64,000 nt of DNA. Source: Chitinophagaceae bacterium (GTDB lineage: Bacteria; Bacteroidota; Bacteroidia; Chitinophagales; Chitinophagaceae). The stretch covers positions 20,095 to 84,094 of the forward strand of contig JAHEMM010000004.1 of assembly GCA_024643655.1 (NCBI GenBank), given 5' to 3'. Below, in pieces: positions 44,389 through 51,681 of this stretch (position 1 is the first letter of the stretch; every line of letters starts with the position of its first letter). The position numbers and the translations under genes are program-made. The notes under the pieces were generated by a model. That model saw only the letters and a program-made list of their open reading frames with translations. It was not told the DNA's origin and searched no databases.

Positions 44389-45797
44389 TTCAACAAGCCT
44401 GCAGCCCATTGTAAATAATTATAGGTTTTGTAATAGTCTGCTTTTGTTTTAATTAGTTTTTGTAAAGCCTCCAGTGATTTATTTTCCCGGCTATTGACTA
44501 AAAAAAGCGAACTTTCTCCATTAAAGAATTTTAATTCTTCTCCACGTTGCAAAAACAAAAAATTCTGATAAGCTTTTTCCAAAAGAACTGATTGAGATAA
44601 GAGTGTTGATAGTTTATTGAAATACATTTTTACTTTGTTTTCTATTTCAACTATTTTTAAATCTCTCTTCAACGCTGTTTCCGTAATCTTTAAATCTGCC
44701 TTTCGAAACTCTCCCCTTCCTTTCGAAAGTCTTAGAGGAATACCAAAGCTGATTCCATATTGAAAATTATTTTCAAATAAGGCACCGGATTTAGCATTTA
44801 ATATATTATAACCTTTTCCTAATTGATTGTATTTAAAATCTAATTTTGGTAATAGCTCTTGAAATTTTAACTTTTTATCAATGCCCATGGCTTTCAATAA
44901 AAATTCATATTGCTGTATATCTGGATGCGCCTTTCTTACCTGATTCATTATTTCTTCTAAAACAGGCAAAGGTTCTAAAGCAAAACTTTCTTTCAACCAA
45001 TTGTTTTCAGGTATTATATTATCAGGTAGTGAATTAATTTCTACATCATCTTTCCATAAAAATGCGGATAATTCTATTTTGGCATTTTGAAGTAATAGCA
45101 TTGCTTCATTCTGTAAATACTGAAAAGTTTGCAATTGTGAAATAGCTTCGATAGAATCTAATGCAGGTTTGTCACCAAAATTTACACTAGTTTTCACTAG
45201 CGCAATTCTTTTTTCATTTACCGTTACTACATTATTGATAATTGCTAATTGCTGATATTGGTAAGCCCAATCCCAATACGATTGTAATGCGTCTATAAGT
45301 AAATTATTTAACGTACTTCTTTTCTCCACTTCTGAAAGATTACGAAATACTTTCGCCGTTTGAAGCATTGCTCTTCTTTTATCAATGATCAGGTTTTTGG
45401 CTAATGGTACTACAAGCCCTGCATAGCTTGTTTTTCCAAGAGTTTCTTCGGCGTTTGTTCTGTTGCCTTTTAAATATTCAGCTCCCGCAACTACTTCTAT
45501 TCCATACCAGGTAGGGATACGAAGCTCTGGCTGTACATAGTTGTAATACTCAGTACCATCAAACGTTTTTTGTGTGGTTGTGGCGGTAAGTAATGGGTCA
45601 AAGCCTCCTCTGGCAATTAAAATATCTGCTTTTGCTTTTTCAATATTTATGTCCGCTTGTTTGCTTACAGGATGGTATTTTAATATAATATCAATGAATT
45701 GGCTTTGTGTTAAAATTTCATTTGTTGTTTGACCATTTAGATTTATAGTTGCTATAAATAATGCAATGATGAAAGTTGAATATTTTAATGATTTCAT
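44385..45797 (-). CDS. TolC family outer membrane efflux protein
   Basis: 470 aa with a signal peptide and two OEP-like repeats. Its start overlaps the HlyD gene's stop (ATGA). Confidence 0.85.
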   Translation of the reverse strand: MKSLKYSTFIIALFIATINLNGQTTNEILTQSQFIDIILKYHPVSKQADINIEKAKADILIARGGFDPLLTATTTQKTFDGTEYYNYVQPELRIPTWYGIEVVAGAEYLKGNRTNAEETLGKTSYAGLVVPLAKNLIIDKRRAMLQTAKVFRNLSEVEKRSTLNNLLIDALQSYWDWAYQYQQLAIINNVVTVNEKRIALVKTSVNFGDKPALDSIEAISQLQTFQYLQNEAMLLLQNAKIELSAFLWKDDVEINSLPDNIIPENNWLKESFALEPLPVLEEIMNQVRKAHPDIQQYEFLLKAMGIDKKLKFQELLPKLDFKYNQLGKGYNILNAKSGALFENNFQYGISFGIPLRLSKGRGEFRKADLKITETALKRDLKIVEIENKVKMYFNKLSTLLSQSVLLEKAYQNFLFLQRGEELKFFNGESSLFLVNSRENKSLEALQKLIKTKADYYKTYNYLQWAAGLLN

Positions 45798-47110
45798 TTT
45801 TTCTCCTTTTTATCAGTTTCGGGTTTATAATAATCAGGTGGAAAGCCATTAATATTTCGCCAGAGCTCATACCATACAGGAACGTCTTTTAATAAAGCCA
45901 TTCCCTGTGCTCCAGAACCAACTCTTAGCTGTCTTGGCCATGGCTTTTTTGTTGGATCTTCTGCCACCAAAACTCTAAACATACCATTTGGTCCAACAGA
46001 GTTTTCTATTGCAAACACTTTTCCGCTGAAAGTGCCGAATGATGAATTGGGCCAGCCGCTGAATACAATTGCTGGAAAGCCATCAAACCAGAACTGTACT
46101 TTTTGTCCATTTGAAATTAAAGGAAGATCTACCGGGCGTATAAAAACTTCTACTGCATATTGAAAGCTATCAGGAACAATTTCAACGATGAACTCTCCTT
46201 CTTTTACAATTTCCCCAATACCAGCTTTTTTGGCTTTAGTAACCTGCCCATCCTGTGGCGCTGTTACGAAATACATACCACTTCGAATATTATAGTTGCT
46301 ATATTGATTTTGTAACTTGGCAATATCTCCGTTGTTAGTGGCTATTTCTGACATTGATTGATATCTATCACCGGATGCTTTGGAAATTTTTTCTGCAAAA
46401 TCCTGACTAATAGAATTAAGTTCAATATTTAAGATCGTTAACTCCTGACGGGCATTGGCTAATTTATTTTCGGCACTTATCTTTTTTGCTTGCGTATTTT
46501 GAAAATTTACTTTTCGTTTTTCAAAATCAATAAGAGAAATCACACCCGAGTCTAACATAGCCTGGCCGGCATTAATTTGACGGAGAGCTACGTTCAATTC
46601 ATTTTTTACAGCGGTCAGATCAAGTTCATCACTTTCAATTTTTCTTTCTTGTTGTCTTAGTTTATTTCTTGTTTGCTCTAGTTTCAAATCCCTTTCTTTT
46701 TCTAAAGCATTTATTTGTGAACTTGCGGTGCCGGCTTTTCCTTTGTAATATTCTATCGACATTTGCTTGGCTGATAATTGTTCGCTGGTTCTGCTTATTA
46801 GATTAGGGTCTAAATATTCATCTTTAATTTCTGATAATAATAGGAGAGTATCTCCTTGTTTCACATAATCACCTTCTTTAATAAACCATTTCATCACTTT
46901 ACCGGGAATGATTGTATTTATTTGCTGTGGCCTTTGTTCCTGTCTCAAAGTTGTAACAGTACCTCTGGAGCGGATGTTTTGGGTCCAGGGAATAAATAGC
47001 AAGATGAGGTTAAATAGTAATAATCCAAAAAACCAATACTTAACTCTGCTTTTACTATTGTATTTATATATATGGTCGTATGCAGTCGACTTATAATTGT
47101 TTGTTTCCAT
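45794..47110 (-). CDS. HlyD family secretion (membrane fusion) protein
   Basis: 438 aa with an N-terminal TM segment, a lipoyl-like half-motif (GDYVKQGDTLL), a long coiled coil and a beta-barrel C-terminus. Confidence 0.88.
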   Translation of the reverse strand: METNNYKSTAYDHIYKYNSKSRVKYWFFGLLLFNLILLFIPWTQNIRSRGTVTTLRQEQRPQQINTIIPGKVMKWFIKEGDYVKQGDTLLLLSEIKDEYLDPNLISRTSEQLSAKQMSIEYYKGKAGTASSQINALEKERDLKLEQTRNKLRQQERKIESDELDLTAVKNELNVALRQINAGQAMLDSGVISLIDFEKRKVNFQNTQAKKISAENKLANARQELTILNIELNSISQDFAEKISKASGDRYQSMSEIATNNGDIAKLQNQYSNYNIRSGMYFVTAPQDGQVTKAKKAGIGEIVKEGEFIVEIVPDSFQYAVEVFIRPVDLPLISNGQKVQFWFDGFPAIVFSGWPNSSFGTFSGKVFAIENSVGPNGMFRVLVAEDPTKKPWPRQLRVGSGAQGMALLKDVPVWYELWRNINGFPPDYYKPETDKKEKK

Positions 47111-47122
47111 TATTTGTCATGT

Positions 47123-48787
47123 TTAGTTATTAATAACTGTTGTAGTGTTGTCTGAAAAATGAATGACCTTATCGCATTTGCTTATAAAGGATTCATCGGT
47201 AGTTATTATTATCACTGTACTTTTTATCGTTGATTGTAATAAAATTTCCTGAACCTCTTTTTTTATTTCTTTAGTAAATCCTTGCCACGGCTCTTCTAAA
47301 AGAATTAGACGTGGAGAGTTGATCAATGCCCTTAGTAAAAGAATTTTCCGAATCACATTTCCGGGGAGTTGATTGCCTACCGGATCAAGTTCAGTATCAA
47401 AGCCTCTTTTTTGTGAAGAAATAAAAGAAGACAACCCTGTTTTTTCTGCAAGAAAATTTATTTCTTCCAAATCTGGATTATTACTTCCCATTGTAATGTT
47501 TTCCAAAAGAGTGCCATTGAAAATATCCTGTTGACTTAAATAAATTCCTGTATTTGCTCTAAGGGAATCCAGATTGTAATTACGAATCGGGATTCCGTTA
47601 ATAAGAATATTGCCTTCAAAATCAGCATATAGCCCACTTAGTAACTTTAGCAAAGTGGATTTGCCACTCCCTTCTTTACCGGTAATGCAAACCTTTTCTC
47701 CTTTGTTGATTTTAAAACTTACACTATCGAAAATATTCCCGGTATTAGAAAATTTGAAACCAACATGCTGAAGTTCTACATCAACACCTTCTTTAACTGA
47801 CGGCAATAAATGAGTGCCTGTGTGTTCAATAGGTTTATCAGTTAGTTTCCCAATTTTTTCAACTGAAGTAAGAATATCATAAACACTATCTAAATTCCCA
47901 ATAATTTTTTCAACGGCACTTATTACTATAAGTATAACGATTTCGGCTGCTATAAACTGCCCAATATTTAATTGTTCATTAACCAATAAAAATGTTCCAA
48001 CAATTAGCATTGAAGCAGTAATAATGGTTTTAAATATTACCAGTAATCTGTATTGGAAAACTAAAATGGAAAAATGTTCTTTTCGCTTGGACAAGTATGT
48101 TATCGTTTTATCATCTCCTTTTCTTATATGCAATGATGTTCCTTTTGAAAGTTTAAATGATTTTACAACTCTGGCTAATTCTTCGAGCCAGGCTGCTACG
48201 GCATATTTCCGTGAACTTTCTTCAAGACTTGTTTGTAAGCCTTTTGATCCGGTGTAATAAAGTATAATGGCAAGAATTATTACAAGCAGTATACCAAAAA
48301 GAATAAAACTGGGGTGATAAAATGAAAGTAATGTAAGTCCAAAAAGAATTTGAATAGTAGCGGTTGGAATGTCAAGTAATAATTTTGATAATCCTTTTTG
48401 TAACACTGGTAGTTCAAAAAATCGATTTACTAATTCTGGTAAATAAAATTCATCTGATTTTTTAAGATCGATTTTTGGAATATGGTCTATAAACTCTAAG
48501 GAATAGCGAACAAAGATTTTTTGTTGAATTTTTTCAATTAGTTTCATTTGATTGATGTACATAAGGCCTGTGGCTAATACGCCAATTACAACAAGGATAA
48601 TAAGTACAATCAAGGAGGTGGACATGGTGCCTCCCAATACAAAACTTATTATAGATTGTACGCCTAATGGTAGCGACAATTGAATTAATCCTGCTAGTAT
48701 CGCATAAAAATAGATAGCAGAGATTTCATTTTTTTCGAGACGTAACAATTTTAGAATCCTGCTTACAGGACTTAACTTTTTTTCCAT
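47123..48787 (-). CDS. ABC exporter half-transporter (TMD-NBD) with non-canonical NBD motifs
   Basis: 554 aa with about six N-terminal TM helices. Walker A is GKEGSGKST (aa 370-378). The signature position reads LPGNV, Walker B reads LILLEE, and there is no switch His. Confidence 0.88.
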   Translation of the reverse strand: MEKKLSPVSRILKLLRLEKNEISAIYFYAILAGLIQLSLPLGVQSIISFVLGGTMSTSLIVLIILVVIGVLATGLMYINQMKLIEKIQQKIFVRYSLEFIDHIPKIDLKKSDEFYLPELVNRFFELPVLQKGLSKLLLDIPTATIQILFGLTLLSFYHPSFILFGILLVIILAIILYYTGSKGLQTSLEESSRKYAVAAWLEELARVVKSFKLSKGTSLHIRKGDDKTITYLSKRKEHFSILVFQYRLLVIFKTIITASMLIVGTFLLVNEQLNIGQFIAAEIVILIVISAVEKIIGNLDSVYDILTSVEKIGKLTDKPIEHTGTHLLPSVKEGVDVELQHVGFKFSNTGNIFDSVSFKINKGEKVCITGKEGSGKSTLLKLLSGLYADFEGNILINGIPIRNYNLDSLRANTGIYLSQQDIFNGTLLENITMGSNNPDLEEINFLAEKTGLSSFISSQKRGFDTELDPVGNQLPGNVIRKILLLRALINSPRLILLEEPWQGFTKEIKKEVQEILLQSTIKSTVIIITTDESFISKCDKVIHFSDNTTTVINN

Positions 48788-48843
48788 TGGTTGAAAAAAT
48801 TTATTTCAGAGAATTTGATACTAAATAAACAGATATGTACTAA

Positions 48844-49137
48844 TTAACAAATATCCGGCGGTGGTGTTACTATTCCAAGAAAGGGTGAGTGAAGTGTAAA
48901 AACAGTAGCCGAATTGACTTCTGTTTGTACTTTACAAATGTCGTTATTAAATTTAGCAGTAAAAAACAGCTTGTTTACGTCCTTTTTTTCGTTTTCGCTA
49001 TTCGACTTTTGTGAATTATTGTTTTCCTCATCTGCATTAAATAAAACTGAAATTTCTTCATTGCAAAAGGAGGCCACTGTAGGAGTCGCCAAAGCGAAGG
49101 TGAAAATTAAAAGAAATATTAATGCGGCCGATTTCAT
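48844..49137 (-). CDS. orphan small secreted protein leading the ABC/HlyD/TolC cassette
   Basis: 97 aa from the ATG at 49137 (the track uses TTG 49149). It has a Sec-type signal MKSAALIFLLIFTFALATPTVA, an Asn/Glu/Ser-rich stretch, 3 Cys and the C-terminus PPPDIC. It lies 56 nt upstream of the ABC gene on the same strand. Confidence 0.5.
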   Translation of the reverse strand: MKSAALIFLLIFTFALATPTVASFCNEEISVLFNADEENNNSQKSNSENEKKDVNKLFFTAKFNNDICKVQTEVNSATVFTLHSPFLGIVTPPPDIC

Positions 49138-49253
49138 ATAATTGTGCAAATATCTACTTTAAACAGAGTTTGTCAAAAATTGTTTAAGGAAAAATCAGTT
49201 TTTAATTTCTTTTGTTTACATTTTGACAGATTTATGACGATAACTTTTTATTC

Positions 49254-50219
49254 ATGTTAATCGACATTTTACTTTTATTCTTAGGCTTCGGTTTACTGAT
49301 TTTGGGTGCTGGAAAACTTATTGAAGGCTCATCCAGCATAGCCAGGCGGTTTAATATACCAGAAATAGTAATCGGTTTAACAATTGTTTCCATAGGAACT
49401 TCCGCTCCGGAATTAGTTATAAATGTAGTAGCCGCATCAAAAGGAGAGTCTGCCATGGTATTGGGCAACGTGATGGGCAGCAATATCTTTAATGTTTTAT
49501 TGATTTTGGGAATTACCTCTTTTGTGTCAAAGCTCTCTGTAAAAAGAAATACAACATGGCTGGAGATTCCTTTAAGTTTGATGGGGGCTGTATTAGTTTT
49601 GGTCGTAGTAAGCGACAAATTGCTGGATAAAGGGTCAATAAATGCTATCTCAAGAATTGATGGTATCGTTTTATTATGTCTGGCAATAATTTTTCTGGTG
49701 TACAACCTGGAATTGGCAAAAAAGGAAAATGAATACCATCAGGAAGTAATAAAAGAAAAGCCCATTTATATTTCGATAATTTGGCTCTTTGCAGGAATGG
49801 CAGGATTGATTTTTGGCGGCAGATTGATTGTTGAAAATGCAGTCAGTATTTCCAGAGTCTTGGGTATTTCTGAAAGAGTGATTGCTATTACTGTTGTCTC
49901 TGTCGGCACTTCTTTACCTGAGTTGGCAACTTCCATTATGGCAGTTCGAAAGGGAAAAGTAGATTTGGCAATTGGAAATGTAGTAGGTTCTAATATTATT
50001 AATATATTCTTTGTTTTGGGAATTTCATCAATAGTTAATCCTATCCTTGTTGCTGATAATTCTTTTTTAGATATTGGTGTAAATCTTCTTGCCGGAGTGT
50101 TATTGTTTGTTTTCCTTTTATTTAGTAAAGGGAGACAATTAAAAAGTTGGAATGGCTTTGTTTTTTTATTGATCTATGCCGGTTACATTTTGATACTTTT
50201 ATTTCCTGATACATTTTAA
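49254..50219 (+). CDS. calcium/sodium antiporter (CaCA family, YrbG-like)
   Basis: 321 aa with two alpha-repeats (GTSAPEL and GTSLPELATS). Confidence 0.88.
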   Translation: MLIDILLLFLGFGLLILGAGKLIEGSSSIARRFNIPEIVIGLTIVSIGTSAPELVINVVAASKGESAMVLGNVMGSNIFNVLLILGITSFVSKLSVKRNTTWLEIPLSLMGAVLVLVVVSDKLLDKGSINAISRIDGIVLLCLAIIFLVYNLELAKKENEYHQEVIKEKPIYISIIWLFAGMAGLIFGGRLIVENAVSISRVLGISERVIAITVVSVGTSLPELATSIMAVRKGKVDLAIGNVVGSNIINIFFVLGISSIVNPILVADNSFLDIGVNLLAGVLLFVFLLFSKGRQLKSWNGFVFLLIYAGYILILLFPDTF

Positions 50220-50221
50220 AA

Positions 50222-51424
50222 ATGAATACAAACAAATCAACAGAAGTTAATTTGCCAATGCAGCTTTCAAAGCTGTTTACAGAGTTTTTTAATAGTGAAA
50301 AAGCGGCTGGATTTATTTTAATAGGCTGTACAATCATTTCTTTAGTCATTGCTAACTCTGGTTTAGGTGAATTATATCAAAAGATTTGGTATACGAACTT
50401 AGGAGGCCTTACAGTTTCTTATTGGATCAATGACGCATTAATGGCTGTTTTCTTTTTGCTGGTTGGTCTGGAAATTGAAAGGGAACTTTATATAGGAGAG
50501 TTGTCAAAACTTAAAAATGCCATGCTTCCGGTAATGGCCGCTGTTGGTGGAATGATGATACCTTCAATAATTCATTATGGTTTAAATGCAGGAACAGCAA
50601 CAGTTAGTGGTTATGCAATACCCATGGCAACGGATATTGCATTTGCGTTGGGCATTCTATCTCTTGCAGGAAAAAATGTGCCTGCCGCTTTGAAAATATT
50701 TCTAACTGCACTTGCAATTATAGATGATCTTGGTGCTATTATGATCATTGCTGTTTTTTATACTGAAACAGTTTCTTTTATTCATCTTTTTATATCGTTG
50801 GGGATTTTTGCAGGCTTGTTTATTATGGGAAGAATGGGTGTACAGCGGCTTCTCTTTTATATACTACCAGGAATTGCTATGTGGTATTTTATGTTTCAGT
50901 CGGGGGTACATGCTACTATCAGTGGGGTTTTGTTGGCATTTGCTATTCCATTTGGAAAGGGTGGAGAAGATTCACCATCTTATAAATTACAGCATTTACT
51001 ACACAAACCAGTGGCATTTATTATAGTTCCCTTATTTGCATTGGCAAATACGGGTATCCGTCTTCAGCCTTCATTTTACAATGAATTATTAACCAAAAAC
51101 AGTATCGGAATTATAGTCGGTTTAGTGTTTGGTAAACCACTCGGAATATTATTGTTTGCCTGGTTATCGATTAAAATGAAACTTAGTAATCTACCGGGAA
51201 CAGTAAATTGGAAACATATCACAGGAGCTGGTTTATTGGCAGGTATAGGATTTACTATGTCCATTTTTATTACAATGTTGGCATTTAAAGATCCAACTCT
51301 CGTTGTTAATTCAAAAATTGCAATATTATGTGCATCCTTAATAGCAGCTGTAGGAGGGTTGTTGATTTTAAAAAGTATTAAATCTCCTCCGAACTTTCCG
51401 GCAGATGATCATATTCCCCTTTAA
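50222..51424 (+). CDS. nhaA: Na+/H+ antiporter NhaA
   Basis: 400 aa with NhaA motifs (INDALMA.FF, ATDIAFALG, AIIDDLGAI). It starts 2 nt after the CaCA stop. Confidence 0.92.
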   Translation: MNTNKSTEVNLPMQLSKLFTEFFNSEKAAGFILIGCTIISLVIANSGLGELYQKIWYTNLGGLTVSYWINDALMAVFFLLVGLEIERELYIGELSKLKNAMLPVMAAVGGMMIPSIIHYGLNAGTATVSGYAIPMATDIAFALGILSLAGKNVPAALKIFLTALAIIDDLGAIMIIAVFYTETVSFIHLFISLGIFAGLFIMGRMGVQRLLFYILPGIAMWYFMFQSGVHATISGVLLAFAIPFGKGGEDSPSYKLQHLLHKPVAFIIVPLFALANTGIRLQPSFYNELLTKNSIGIIVGLVFGKPLGILLFAWLSIKMKLSNLPGTVNWKHITGAGLLAGIGFTMSIFITMLAFKDPTLVVNSKIAILCASLIAAVGGLLILKSIKSPPNFPADDHIPL

Positions 51425-51623
51425 AAGCATACCAACCAAAAATTACAAGTCCAATTGCAATAGGAGTAAAAATTGTTATAATAATTATCCAGATGATTGG
51501 ATTATTAATGTCTTTTGTACCGGTAGAGTCAATATTTTGAATAGCTCCCTTTACCAGTTGAAAAAATATAAAAGGTGCAATAAGTAGAAAAATTAAACCA
51601 AAATATCTTTTAAATGTATTCAT
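51378..51623 (-). CDS. small two-TM membrane protein downstream of the MFS transporter
   Basis: 81 aa with two hydrophobic helices (FGLIFLLIAPFIFFQLV, IIWIIIITIFTPIAIGLVIFGWYAF) and an acidic C-terminus. It lies 58 nt downstream of the MFS gene on the same strand. Confidence 0.55.
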   Translation of the reverse strand: MNTFKRYFGLIFLLIAPFIFFQLVKGAIQNIDSTGTKDINNPIIWIIIITIFTPIAIGLVIFGWYAFKGEYDHLPESSEEI

Positions 51624-51681
51624 GATGTCTGTATTTATAATGACTAAGTTTCTTTAAACTATTTTTTATTTTTCTAAATGC

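Noticed and set aside
48844-49137. Interpreting the small leading ORF as a classical one-step type I secretion substrate or a double-glycine bacteriocin precursor.
   Set aside because: It has an N-terminal Sec-type signal, no GG/GA leader motif and no RTX or C-terminal T1SS-like signal. The ABC protein lacks a C39 peptidase domain.
49232-49705. 157-aa minus-strand ORF overlapping the start of the CaCA gene.
   Set aside because: It is antisense to a membrane-protein gene with clear CaCA alpha-repeats. Its translation has no recognisable features. It is a typical shadow ORF.
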